Assembly (NCBI GenBank): GCA_963667725.2
Contig: CAXXHO010000002.1
Coordinates: 1 to 48,194 of the forward strand
Source: Treponemataceae bacterium
GTDB lineage: Bacteria > Spirochaetota > Spirochaetia > Treponematales > Rectinemataceae
Direction: 5' to 3'
Length of the DNA: 48,194 nucleotides
Shown here: positions 18,623 through 28,750 of the stretch, piece after piece
Numbering within the stretch: the stretch's first letter is position 1
Layout: each line of letters opens with the position of its first letter
The notes under the pieces: generated by a model
The model's input: only the letters and a program-made list of their open reading frames with translations
What the model was told of the DNA's origin: nothing
Database searches by the model: none
Made by a program: the position numbers and the translations under genes

Positions 18623-19777
18623 GTGAAGACAGTTCTTTTCGGCGATCACGGCTCTCCCCACGTTCATCGGTGGGTGAAGTTTCTCGAAACCGCGGGAGCC
18701 GAGGTCGTCACCGTGGGATATGGAGAGGGGCCAGCTCCCGACAGCTACGCCTACCGCAGGCTCATAAGCCGGAGCGCCATGGTCGGATCGCCTTGGGGGA
18801 AACTCCGCTCCTTCCTCGCGGATCTATTCCTCATCCGAAAGGAGAAGCCCGATTTCGTCTGCGTCCATTTCCTCACCGCGCGCTACGCCGTTCTGATGCT
18901 TCTTCTGTCGAGGCCCTGCGTCCTCACCTGCTGGGGCTCCGATATCCTCGTCGACCTGCCGGCCTCGCGGGGCTTGGGCCTCGCCCTCCGCCGCGCGGCC
19001 CTGGCCAAGGCCGCGCGCATCACCTGCGACTCGGACGAGGTCCTCCGCGCCGTCGCTTCGGCGTCTCCCGCCGCGGCCGGGAAAACCCAGCTCATCTTTT
19101 GGGGTATCGATACCGGATTCTTCCGTCTGCCGGAGCCGGAGCGGAGGGCCGGGCTCGCCATCCGGGAAGAGCTGGGGGTCCCCGCGGACGCGGTCCTCCT
19201 CCTCAGCAATCGCCTGGCGGCTCCCAACTATAGGATCAAGGAAATAATCGAGCGCTTCGCGGACGGGGTTCGGGACGAGGGCACCCATCTGCTCGTGCGG
19301 CTCCAGCCGGGGGCCGATCGCGGCTATGTCCGAGACTGCAAAGCCAGCGTGGCCGGGAACGGGCGCATCCATTGCCTTGAGCGCCCTCTCGCCGACGCCG
19401 AAATGCCCGCGCTCTACGCCGCGTGCGATATGGTCCTGCATTTTCCCCGCAGCGACGCCACTCCGGTGAGCATGCTGGAAGCCCTCGCCTCGGGCTGTTC
19501 CGTGCTATGCTCGGACGCCCTGGACGCCTATCGGGTTCTGTCGGGCGACTATGAAATCCTGAGGCTCCCCCTGGAGAATCTCGACGACGCCGCGGTCGGC
19601 GCCGCGCTCAGCCTCCGCTCTCGGTACGCCGCGTCGAACGCCGCGACGGTCCGCCGCCTGCACTCCAGGGAAAGGACGGTGGGCGAGCTGCGATCCATGA
19701 TGGAAAGCCTCGTTCATGACTCCGCGGAGCGCGGCTCTTCGCGTGGGGATTTCGGCCGGCCGGGGGTGGGCGCATGA
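18623..19777 (+). CDS. Glycosyltransferase family 4
   Basis: SPHVHRW, WGSDIL and SDATPVSMLEALASG. Confidence 0.85.
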   Translation: MKTVLFGDHGSPHVHRWVKFLETAGAEVVTVGYGEGPAPDSYAYRRLISRSAMVGSPWGKLRSFLADLFLIRKEKPDFVCVHFLTARYAVLMLLLSRPCVLTCWGSDILVDLPASRGLGLALRRAALAKAARITCDSDEVLRAVASASPAAAGKTQLIFWGIDTGFFRLPEPERRAGLAIREELGVPADAVLLLSNRLAAPNYRIKEIIERFADGVRDEGTHLLVRLQPGADRGYVRDCKASVAGNGRIHCLERPLADAEMPALYAACDMVLHFPRSDATPVSMLEALASGCSVLCSDALDAYRVLSGDYEILRLPLENLDDAAVGAALSLRSRYAASNAATVRRLHSRERTVGELRSMMESLVHDSAERGSSRGDFGRPGVGA

Positions 19778-20865
19778 GGATCCTCCATATCGTCACCCGA
19801 TCGGAGTTCGGCGGAGCGCAGAGCGTCGTGCGGACTCTCGCCGAAGCCCAGGCCGCCGCGGGGCACGATGCCGCCGTGGCCGCTGGCCCGGAGGGCGCCT
19901 GGGAAGCTTTTCAGGGCATGGACGAAAGGGTGGCCACCTTCCCGCTCCCCGACCTTCTTCGCGCCATCAGCCCAAAGCGGGAAATGAAGGCGCTCCATTC
20001 TATCGCCGCCCTCAACCGTTCATGGACTCCCGACATTGTCCATCTCCACACCTCCAAGGCGGGGGCCTTGGGGCGCCTGGCGCCGGGTGTTCCGAGACGG
20101 CATATCGTATACACGATGCATGGGTACGACCAAATCCGCGTCGAGAACAGGGCGATGCTGGGCATCGATGCATTGCTCCGCCCCCTCTGCGGGGCCATTG
20201 TCGCGGTCTCGGGCAGGGATGCGGAGGCGATGGGGAAGGATGGCTACGACGTCGAATACATACCCAATGGCGTGCCCGACGCCTCCCTCCTTCCCGTCGA
20301 CGGGGAGACGGCTGAACGAATAAGAATTCTGGAAGGAATGAGGGGATCGACCTCGCCCCTCGTCATAATCGTAGCCAGGGAGGCGCGGCCCAAACGGATC
20401 GACATCGCCCGCGCGGTAGCCCAAAGACTTCGGGGCCGCATTCAGGTCGCCTGGATAGGCGGCCGGCCCCGGCCGGACGATCCGGACAATTTCCTTGCCC
20501 TCGGAGCCTTCCCGGACGCCGCCGCTTTGTTCGCCCACGCCGATATCTTCTTTCTGCCCTCCGACCACGAGGGGATGCCGCTCGCCGTGCTCGAAGCCAT
20601 GGCCGCGGGACTGCCCATCGTCGCCTCGGCGACGGGGGGAATCCCCGAGATCCTCCAGGCGGATGCCGCCGGCCGATCGCGCTGCGGATTCGCGCTGCCC
20701 AACGAGGTCGATGAGATCGCAAACGCCTTCTCGCTTCTGGCCGATGATGGGGGACTCCGGAGAAAAATGGGGGAAGCGGCCCGCCGCGCCTGGGAGGAGC
20801 GCTATTCCGCTAAGATCATGTCGGCTGCCTATGAAAATCTTTACAGGAAGCTTTTATTCAGCTAG
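19774..20865 (+). CDS. Glycosyltransferase family 4
   Basis: MRILHIVTRSEFGGAQ, HLHTSKAG and EGMPLAVLEAMAAGLP. Confidence 0.92.
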   Translation: MRILHIVTRSEFGGAQSVVRTLAEAQAAAGHDAAVAAGPEGAWEAFQGMDERVATFPLPDLLRAISPKREMKALHSIAALNRSWTPDIVHLHTSKAGALGRLAPGVPRRHIVYTMHGYDQIRVENRAMLGIDALLRPLCGAIVAVSGRDAEAMGKDGYDVEYIPNGVPDASLLPVDGETAERIRILEGMRGSTSPLVIIVAREARPKRIDIARAVAQRLRGRIQVAWIGGRPRPDDPDNFLALGAFPDAAALFAHADIFFLPSDHEGMPLAVLEAMAAGLPIVASATGGIPEILQADAAGRSRCGFALPNEVDEIANAFSLLADDGGLRRKMGEAARRAWEERYSAKIMSAAYENLYRKLLFS

Positions 20866-20965
20866 AATAACACCGCATAAACGGTTCCAAATACCGCATA
20901 TAGGTCCATTTTGCAAAACATATCTAAATCAGTGGTGGAATTTGCCATCATATAGGAATAGCGGC

Positions 20966-22540
20966 GTGATAAAAGTGCGATATCGTACGGTGATGCTCCT
21001 GCTTTCTATCGTAATGACCATTTTCGCAGTCCTGCCGGCCGCTGCCCAGGATGCCCCTCGCCCGGCGCCGCTCTACCGCATTGCCGAAGTCGATTACCGC
21101 ATCGCCGGGCTCACGCTCAAGCCCTTTCTCGAGGAATACCTCGATATCAAGATAGGAAGGCCCTTTCCCAACAGAGAGTCTCTCGAAGAATATGTCGCCT
21201 CCCTCAACCGGAAAATTCTCAACAACAGGGTCTTCACGGAAAAATCCTCGGTGGGGTTCGAAATCATAGGCGAGGAGGAGCCGCGCCCGGTCCGCGTCAT
21301 CGTGACGACATTCAACTCATGGTCGGCTCTCGCCGTGCCCCTTCTCAAGTACTCCTCGTCGGACGGCATATCGCTCGCCCTCCGCTATAAGGATTTCAAC
21401 TTCCTCGGCACGCTGGAGCCCCTCAGCCTCAACCTGGATTATTATGCGCAGACGGGCGAAGCGGAGGCGGCGGCCTACTTCACCGCCTTTTTCAACGCCC
21501 TGAAAGCTCGCTGGACCCTCGCCGTGGCGGAGGACATCCTCTACGTGCCCGGCACCGGCGTGACGCCCAATGGAACGGTTTCCCTCTCCGCTTCATATAG
21601 GTTTCGCGCTTTGGGTCAGAGGTGGTACCTAAACCCGCTCCTCTCCCATCTGTACGAGCGCGATTACCTGCGGCATACCCTGACCGGGGGCTTTTCCACA
21701 GGCTTCGGCTTCCATGCGGGGCTCGATTGGTCGTTTTCCGCGTACACCTACCTCAACGATCAGTACGTCACCTCGCACTATCCCTATATGACGAACGGAA
21801 TCGGGATCGCCACTTCGGTTCCGCTCGCGAATCTGCCGTATTTCGGCGCGCTCACGCTCTCCCCTTCTGCCGGGATCTTCGGTACTTTCGGCCTCGAGGT
21901 AGGCGCCTACACGGACGCCGGCTATTCTTTGGGGGCGGGCCTTTCCTTCGGGCGGGTGGACCTCATCCGCAATATGAGGAAGGGGGCGACCGCCAGTTTC
22001 TCCGTATCGTACGCGAACCACCTGATCGCGCCCCTCCCGACCGATGCTTTCGACCTGACGCTCAGCGGCCAAATCACCGCGTTCACCCCCTTCAATCCCA
22101 TCTTTGGATTCGATTTTCGGCTTTTAGGCTATTGGTTCGGCACCTGGACCTACCTCGGCGAAAATCCATCCTTCGATTGGGAAGACTATATCCGCGGGAT
22201 CAAGGAAAGCCGATACGGCGATGTCGGCGCCGTCGCGAATATCGAGTTCCCCATCAACTTCGCCCAGGGCCGATTCTTCGGGTCCGAACGTTTCGAGGCT
22301 GAAGTCTTCATCATTCCCTTCGTCGACGCGGGGTACATCCGGAGCAGCCCGGACGCGGAGTTCCCGACGATCGACGATGCCATTCTCTGCGCGGGCATGG
22401 ATTTCGTCGTTTACCCCGAGTACGCCCGGGCTTTCACGTACCGCCTGTCCCTGGGCTACGATGTGAAGGATTACATCGCAAAAAGGGAGTTCAACCTTAG
22501 GGGAGTCGAAGTGTGGCTGGGGATAGGGCTGCATTTCTGA
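20966..22540 (+). CDS. Omp85/BamA-like outer-membrane protein with a single POTRA-like domain
   Basis: Signal peptide (..LPAAAQ), POTRA-like segment (IAEVDYRIAGLT...VRVIVTT), DFNFLGT, IRGI, IPFVDAG and C-terminal beta-signal VWLGIGLHF. Start is uncertain (GTG 20966/20975 or ATG 20993). Confidence 0.65.
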   Translation: MIKVRYRTVMLLLSIVMTIFAVLPAAAQDAPRPAPLYRIAEVDYRIAGLTLKPFLEEYLDIKIGRPFPNRESLEEYVASLNRKILNNRVFTEKSSVGFEIIGEEEPRPVRVIVTTFNSWSALAVPLLKYSSSDGISLALRYKDFNFLGTLEPLSLNLDYYAQTGEAEAAAYFTAFFNALKARWTLAVAEDILYVPGTGVTPNGTVSLSASYRFRALGQRWYLNPLLSHLYERDYLRHTLTGGFSTGFGFHAGLDWSFSAYTYLNDQYVTSHYPYMTNGIGIATSVPLANLPYFGALTLSPSAGIFGTFGLEVGAYTDAGYSLGAGLSFGRVDLIRNMRKGATASFSVSYANHLIAPLPTDAFDLTLSGQITAFTPFNPIFGFDFRLLGYWFGTWTYLGENPSFDWEDYIRGIKESRYGDVGAVANIEFPINFAQGRFFGSERFEAEVFIIPFVDAGYIRSSPDAEFPTIDDAILCAGMDFVVYPEYARAFTYRLSLGYDVKDYIAKREFNLRGVEVWLGIGLHF

Positions 22541-22566
22541 AAAAACCGCGAAATAGGGAGCTTAAG

Positions 22567-24105
22567 TTGAACAAGAGATACATCGAACTCGCGGTCCGCG
22601 GGGCGGCCCTCCTCGTCCTGTCCTTCATGGCGGCGGCGGCCCCGCTGGCGCAGGAGAAAAGCGCCCCTTGGGTGGAAGTGGACGGAACGGCCGTCTATGA
22701 AGCCGGCAGCTACGGCGAAGAGATCACGAAACGCGGTTTCAGCCCCAATGCCAGCCTTTCATTCGGCATCGACGCGGGATATTTCGGCCTCGCGGGCAAA
22801 CTCAGGGGAGACACCAACCAGAAATATGGACCTGAACTGGCCGACATTCCCGGAGGCGAATTCTTCGGTGTTTACGCATTCATGGAAGAAGGCGGCCTTT
22901 TCTCAAAAATCGGCCCCCTCTCCCTCAAGGCCGGCCGGTTTCGGCACTACGATGTCGTCGATTCGCCCTATTCGCTGTTCGTAAATTCCAACGGCATTTC
23001 CTCCAATATAATGGATATCGCCTGGGACGACGGGTTTTTCAGCTACGAGAGCCGCTGGATCGAGCTCAATCACGATTCATCGCAGACCACCGACGCCTGG
23101 GGCTCGAGCCACATCACGGGACTGGCCGGCTTCCCCGAACGCGGCGCCAACATCAAGACCTACGCCTTCAGGATCGGCGAAACGCGCTTCGGATTCCAGG
23201 ACGCCGCCGTCTACACGGGCAAGAATTTCGATCCCGAATACTTTCTCAACCCGCTTCCCCAATACTTCATCCAGTATGCCAAATCCACCGGCGGCCGGCC
23301 CTGGGCCACGGGACGGGATGAGAACAATATCGTGGGATTTTTCTGGACCTTCAATCGCCCCGGGTCGTTCAGCCTCCTGGCGCAGGTCCTCATCGACGAC
23401 TTCAACCTCCATTTCCTCTTTCCGGACACGGTCTGGAATCCCTGGCAGGCCGCCTTCACCCTCGGCGGCAGGCTCGAGACAGGCGCCGGATCTTTCGGCC
23501 TCAACATCGCCGGCGCCACGAAATATACCTTCGAACCGACCGAAATGACTCATGGGGTTCCGAACGAACAACAGATAGCCTGTTCCTACGGCTACTCCTA
23601 CTACCCTGAGACCCGATTCGATTACGATTGGCAGACTTCGGGCTTCCAGCCCGCGGCGATAGCCGTGGAAGACAACATGATCGGCTACAAATATGGGGAG
23701 AACAACCTCGCGATCCAGGTCGACTGGAAGGGGAAAAGCTCCGGTTTCGACCTCGCCGCGAACGCCGAATTCCGCCTCGCCGGCGCGAACAGCCCCGCCA
23801 ACCCCTGGCACGATCTCCTGGAAAACCCCGTGGACGGCACCCATTGGCTGGATGACGCCGTGCTCGAGAAGCGCGTCATGGTCGGTTTCTCGGCATCCCG
23901 CGGCTTGGGCGCCTGGACCTTGGGATTGTCGGTTCTGGGGGGCGTCGCCTTCGACGCGATGGAGCTCAGAAAACCGACCGTGGCGGCTTCGTCGACGATC
24001 CCCCTCGCCGACTCCGATATCTGGATTTACGAACCCGTGGCCGGCAACACCAAGATGCTGCTCAAGCTGAGCCTCGGGGCGAAGTATCGATGGAAGCTTC
24101 GTTGA
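22567..24105 (+). CDS. Putative outer-membrane beta-barrel, Wzi/capsule-assembly-like
   Basis: TTG after GGGAG, signal peptide, segments LKAGRF, GFQDAAVY..FDPEYFLNP, ENNIVGF and QVLIDDF, C-terminal LGAKYRWKLR. Confidence 0.55.
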   Translation: MNKRYIELAVRGAALLVLSFMAAAAPLAQEKSAPWVEVDGTAVYEAGSYGEEITKRGFSPNASLSFGIDAGYFGLAGKLRGDTNQKYGPELADIPGGEFFGVYAFMEEGGLFSKIGPLSLKAGRFRHYDVVDSPYSLFVNSNGISSNIMDIAWDDGFFSYESRWIELNHDSSQTTDAWGSSHITGLAGFPERGANIKTYAFRIGETRFGFQDAAVYTGKNFDPEYFLNPLPQYFIQYAKSTGGRPWATGRDENNIVGFFWTFNRPGSFSLLAQVLIDDFNLHFLFPDTVWNPWQAAFTLGGRLETGAGSFGLNIAGATKYTFEPTEMTHGVPNEQQIACSYGYSYYPETRFDYDWQTSGFQPAAIAVEDNMIGYKYGENNLAIQVDWKGKSSGFDLAANAEFRLAGANSPANPWHDLLENPVDGTHWLDDAVLEKRVMVGFSASRGLGAWTLGLSVLGGVAFDAMELRKPTVAASSTIPLADSDIWIYEPVAGNTKMLLKLSLGAKYRWKLR

Positions 24106-25274
24106 ACGGCTCGCAGGGAACCCGCGCCGAGGCCGGAGAATCCGCCGACATCGCCGAGACGCTTTTTGCGGATTTCCCCTCCGCCCGCGAAACCTGGCTC
24201 GCGCTGGAAAAGGAAGCCGACTTCTACCCATTCCAAACCTATGCCTGGCTGGAAACCTGGTACGGGACCATAGGCGCCGCGCATGGCTGGTCCCCGGCCA
24301 TTTTGCTGCTCGAGCGCGCCGACGGGAAAGGCCGGGCCCTGCTTCCGCTCGGAGTCGCGCGCGGTGCGGGATTCCGCCGCCTGTCGTGGCTTGGGGAAGG
24401 CGTCTCCGATTACAGCGGAGCCCTGATCGCCCCGGCCGGAAGCTTTTCGGCGGCTGAGCTGCTCGCGGCTATCCGCAAGCTCGCGGCCCAGAAGGGCTGC
24501 CAAGTCATCGACCTCGATCGAAACCCCGCCGATTCCCCTTCGGGCGCCAACCCCCTCGTCGGGGAGGGCTTTCGCCTTCTCCACTACAAAGCGCATTCGA
24601 CGGCCGTGCCCGGCGACATTGAAAGCTTTTTAGCCGATCGCCTCACATCGAAGGAGCGCTACAACCTCAGGCGCGCCGCGAAGCGGCTGGCGGCGGCGGG
24701 GCGGCTTCGCTTCGCCGTGGCGGAAGACGAGGCGGGCCGCGCCGACCTGACCGACAGGATGATCGCCCTCAAGCGGGAACGGTACAGGGCCATCGGGGCG
24801 GCCGACAATTTCGCCGACCCCTCATTCGCCGAATTTTACCGGGCGGCCGCCCGTCGTTCCGATCTTGGAGTCCACATCAGCGCCCTGTATCTCGATGAGA
24901 CCGCGATAGCCCTCCACTGGGGGCTGCGCGCTGATTCGACCATGTACTATCTGATGCCGGCATTCGCCGCGGGCGCTTACGAACGCTACTCGCCGGGGGC
25001 GGTCTTCCTCCGCGAGTTCATCGAGCAGTGCGGCAGGGAGGGGCTGGAGCGCCTCGACTTCACCATCGGCGACGAGGAGTACAAGAGCAAATGGCGCGAC
25101 CGGAGCATGGACCTCTTCCGCTTCCGGGAAGGGCGCGGCCTGGCGGGGAAGTTTATTGCGATGCTTGGGAAACTTGCCGATATTGTACGCAGAAGCGGCT
25201 TTCGGGCTTCTCTTGTTCGGGTACGCGCTGCATGCAGACGGAAGTGGTGCGTTGCCAAGGAAAAGTGCATATAA
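24090..25274 (+). CDS. GNAT acyltransferase, CelD/BcsL (Acetyltransf_6) type
   Basis: PFQTYAWLETW, VSDY, YSPGAVFL and LDFTIGDEEYK. Confidence 0.85.
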   Translation: MEASLNGSQGTRAEAGESADIAETLFADFPSARETWLALEKEADFYPFQTYAWLETWYGTIGAAHGWSPAILLLERADGKGRALLPLGVARGAGFRRLSWLGEGVSDYSGALIAPAGSFSAAELLAAIRKLAAQKGCQVIDLDRNPADSPSGANPLVGEGFRLLHYKAHSTAVPGDIESFLADRLTSKERYNLRRAAKRLAAAGRLRFAVAEDEAGRADLTDRMIALKRERYRAIGAADNFADPSFAEFYRAAARRSDLGVHISALYLDETAIALHWGLRADSTMYYLMPAFAAGAYERYSPGAVFLREFIEQCGREGLERLDFTIGDEEYKSKWRDRSMDLFRFREGRGLAGKFIAMLGKLADIVRRSGFRASLVRVRAACRRKWCVAKEKCI

Positions 25275-25409
25275 TATTATATATAATAAGTATTTGCTTG
25301 CTATTTTATGCTTTGATCTGCCGTAATATGCTGATTAGGGCTGTGTGGCCGATGCAGAATCATGTTAAAATACTGAACGAGATAGGATGGAGGAAACAAG
25401 GTTATTGTC

Positions 25410-26447
25410 ATGGAAAAAAAGAAAGAAAAATTGCTATCAATCTGCATTACCTCTTACAATAGGGTTGATGAGCTTTCTCGATGTATTAAAAGCATAGATA
25501 CAAGATATGTAGATGATATCGATATTATTGTTAGCGAGGATCATTCTGAACAGCGAGAAAAAATCAAGTCCGCTGTTGCGGACTTAAGAAAAACAGTTGC
25601 CGCGGAAATTGTTTTCAATAGCAATGATAAAAATCTTGGATATGACAGGAATCTCCAGAAGTTAATCTCTTTATCAACTAGTAAGTATGTTTTGTTTTTG
25701 AGCGACGACGACTCTTTAATCGAACACTCTCTTGATGAATTCGTGAATTTGTTGAAGAAAAAAGAATATAGCATGATTTTCTCTCCATTCATATTCGGGA
25801 ATGAAAAGAAGAGATATTATAGGCATTCGTTTACTATCGATAAAGGGATCAAAAACACCGCATTGTATCTGTACGACTCTATTCTCTTTTCTGGATTAAT
25901 ATTCCGCAGGGAATTGGTTTCAGCAATCTCAGCCGATAGGTTCTTGAACTGCAATTATTTCCAAGTCTACTTATTTATGCATGTGATATTGATGCATAAT
26001 GCTGACTATATTGAAATCCCATTAGTGCGGTGCAATGGCGATGGAGAAAATGCGTTTGGCAAATCAGCCTCATCAGACGGGAATGATTTGTTGGCAGATC
26101 GAAAATCGGTTTTCTCAAATTTGGAGTTTCATAAGGGATTAATCAAAGTAATACGACTCTTTGAGAAAGATAATTCTGTCGACATTATTATTGTTTTCAA
26201 AAAAGAATACTGTTTGCGGGCATTCCCGGGGATGTCGATTGCGCGAGCTCAAGGTTTGGCGACTTATCGATCTTATTGGAAGCGTTTGAAATCACTAGAT
26301 TTGCCTTTGACAAGGACGATATATATATACCACTTAATGTTAATGCTTCTAGGGGCAAGATTGTCTAATAAAATTTTGTCAATTCCCAAGACGATTCTTA
26401 TTCGCAGTAGAACGAGCAATAGAAGCTTGATTGAGAATAGAACATGA
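25410..26447 (+). CDS. Glycosyltransferase family 2
   Basis: LSICITSYNR, VSEDHS, NLGYDRN and LSDDD. Confidence 0.88.
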   Translation: MEKKKEKLLSICITSYNRVDELSRCIKSIDTRYVDDIDIIVSEDHSEQREKIKSAVADLRKTVAAEIVFNSNDKNLGYDRNLQKLISLSTSKYVLFLSDDDSLIEHSLDEFVNLLKKKEYSMIFSPFIFGNEKKRYYRHSFTIDKGIKNTALYLYDSILFSGLIFRRELVSAISADRFLNCNYFQVYLFMHVILMHNADYIEIPLVRCNGDGENAFGKSASSDGNDLLADRKSVFSNLEFHKGLIKVIRLFEKDNSVDIIIVFKKEYCLRAFPGMSIARAQGLATYRSYWKRLKSLDLPLTRTIYIYHLMLMLLGARLSNKILSIPKTILIRSRTSNRSLIENRT

Positions 26448-27280
26448 TGCAAAGAATAGCTGCCGGAATAGTCGCGTTCAATCCAGATATCAAAAGGCTT
26501 GAGAAAAATATTAGCGCTATACTTCCACAGGTTGAGGCACTATACATAATTGACAACAACTCAGACAATATTCAGGCAATAGAAAACTACATTCAGAAGA
26601 AAAATAAGATAGTAATTAAGAAAAATGAAAAAAACCTTGGGATTGCCAAGGCGCTAAATCAGATGTGCGATTTGGCGATTTCGAATGGCTTTGATTGGGT
26701 ATTAACATTGGATCAGGATACCATATGCCCATCAGACATGATTAATAAATATTTACCATTTTGTATTGATTCTCAAAATGCAATTATTTGTCCTCAATTT
26801 GCAATAAAAAGCCAAAGCAATCGACTTGTCAATTACGAAAAACATCCAACTGAATCCATAAGGCTATGCATCACAAGCGCAAGCCTTACGAGACTAGCAA
26901 CCTGGGAAAAGATGCAAGGATTCAATGAGTGGTTGTTTATAGATGGAGTTGATTATGATTATTGTCTGCGAGCAAGGAGACTGGGGGGGAGGATACTTCG
27001 TGTCAATGATGTAGTCATCGACCATCAAGTTGGAATTCCTCAGGAAATTCACTTTCCATTAGGAATTGCCGTAAAAATCTATAATCATTCCCCATTTAGA
27101 AATTACTATATTGTAAGAAATAATATCTATTTGCTAAGGCATTACTGGAAAGATTTAAATGGGTTTTTGTGGCTATTAAAATTTATCTATTTTGAAGTTA
27201 CTAAGCTGCTGTTTGAGAGCAATCGAGGCAAGATTATTTATTCACTATGCAAGGGGGTTAAAGATGGGCTTTTTATATAG
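26444..27280 (+). CDS. Glycosyltransferase family 2, rhamnosyltransferase-like
   Basis: GIVAFNPD, NLGIAKALN, LDQDT, ITSASL, LFIDGVDYD and RNYYIVRN. Confidence 0.88.
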   Translation: MMQRIAAGIVAFNPDIKRLEKNISAILPQVEALYIIDNNSDNIQAIENYIQKKNKIVIKKNEKNLGIAKALNQMCDLAISNGFDWVLTLDQDTICPSDMINKYLPFCIDSQNAIICPQFAIKSQSNRLVNYEKHPTESIRLCITSASLTRLATWEKMQGFNEWLFIDGVDYDYCLRARRLGGRILRVNDVVIDHQVGIPQEIHFPLGIAVKIYNHSPFRNYYIVRNNIYLLRHYWKDLNGFLWLLKFIYFEVTKLLFESNRGKIIYSLCKGVKDGLFI

Positions 27281-27382
27281 CCAATGCTAGCAAAATGGGT
27301 CTATAGGCTGTGTTGTTGATAGCAACTAAATAGGTGTTTCAATTTTCGAAACTCGAATATTATATATCATGGAGTATTTACC

Positions 27383-28723
27383 ATGGTTTCAAAATCAGCA
27401 AAAATAATATCAATATTTGAAAGCACTTTGTTTTTTGCATTTTTAGCTATTATAGTTGACTGCGTTTTTACGGGATATGGTCATTGGTTGATGCTTGGGC
27501 CATTTAGCATCAGAATTTTGCTTTGGGGATATTGTGTGGCTGGATGCATACCGCTTATTGTCATTAAGTGGAAGCAGGCGGTGTTCCCAAATTCTGTAAT
27601 TTTTGCAGTGCTATGTTTCGGATTGTATTTCATATCGCAAGCAGTAAGAGGATACCTGCGAGGGAATGATAGCCAAATACTGGTTAACGATGTAAGGGCT
27701 TACTCTTGGATTGCTCTAGCGCCTGTAGCTTGTGTTGTGTTCGGCAAAAAAAGTCGCATAGAAATATTATTGAGAGCCATGACAATTTCTTCGCTGTCTT
27801 TTGCTGTCTTGATTTTGGCGACATTTTTATCAGCAAATATCGCGAGAGATGGGGATACTGCGCTAATTGGCTTTATTATGAATAGCCAGCTATGTTCAAT
27901 TAGCAGGATATCAAAATCAATTATTAGGTTTTCATACGGAAATTCGATTTATATAGTACCTACGATAATTTATTTGTTTTTTCAATATATCACTTCTTTA
28001 AAAATATTGTTTCCATCGGCGCTTTTGGTTGGTTTTGGCCTAATTGTACTACTGTTTACTTACACTCGTTCGTACTACTTGGGAGCAATGCTTGCACTGC
28101 TAATTACGATAGCATTTGCTTATAGGGTTTTTTCTGTAAAAACTAAAAATATTTCTATTTACATTTCCCTTGTCGCCGTATGCTCAATTATAATTATTTT
28201 GATATTTAATTTGTCATTTAAAGAGGACTATTTCCTATTTTCAATAAAGAGAATTTTCCCAGGATTTGAAATCTCAAAAATTGTAGCAACCCCTGTCCAA
28301 TCTAAAGATATCGAAAATTATATCGAATTGACGAAGAGTAGTGACACTGTACGAAAGCAGACAATGGACGAACTTAGTAAATTGATAAAAAACAACTATC
28401 TTTTTGGCAATGGTTTGGGATCGGGGGTGGCGTTCAGGGAATGTGGAAGAGTGGAATACTTTTATCAAGATTTGCTGCAAAAACTAGGTATTTTTGGAAT
28501 GGCATTGTTTTTGTATCCGATTATATTGATGGTGAAAAGTTCAATATGGTATTTTAAGAAGAAAGTGTTTTCGTTGGATTTGGTTATTTATCTTGGTCTC
28601 GTTGCTTTTCTGGTAGCCAGTTATTTTAATCCAATTATGAATAGCTCGATCGGCTTATGTTATTACAGTGTATGTATCGCCGTGCTATACAATTCTCAGA
28701 AAGAAAAACGAAAAGCTTTATAA
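27383..28723 (+). CDS. wzy: O-antigen polymerase/ligase (Wzy_C-type) membrane protein
   Basis: About 10-12 TM segments, TYTRSYY, large late loop with LFGNGLG, then LGIFG and FNP. Confidence 0.7.
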   Translation: MVSKSAKIISIFESTLFFAFLAIIVDCVFTGYGHWLMLGPFSIRILLWGYCVAGCIPLIVIKWKQAVFPNSVIFAVLCFGLYFISQAVRGYLRGNDSQILVNDVRAYSWIALAPVACVVFGKKSRIEILLRAMTISSLSFAVLILATFLSANIARDGDTALIGFIMNSQLCSISRISKSIIRFSYGNSIYIVPTIIYLFFQYITSLKILFPSALLVGFGLIVLLFTYTRSYYLGAMLALLITIAFAYRVFSVKTKNISIYISLVAVCSIIIILIFNLSFKEDYFLFSIKRIFPGFEISKIVATPVQSKDIENYIELTKSSDTVRKQTMDELSKLIKNNYLFGNGLGSGVAFRECGRVEYFYQDLLQKLGIFGMALFLYPIILMVKSSIWYFKKKVFSLDLVIYLGLVAFLVASYFNPIMNSSIGLCYYSVCIAVLYNSQKEKRKAL

Positions 28724-28750
28724 TTTCCAGAATGATTAATGGAGGTGGTA

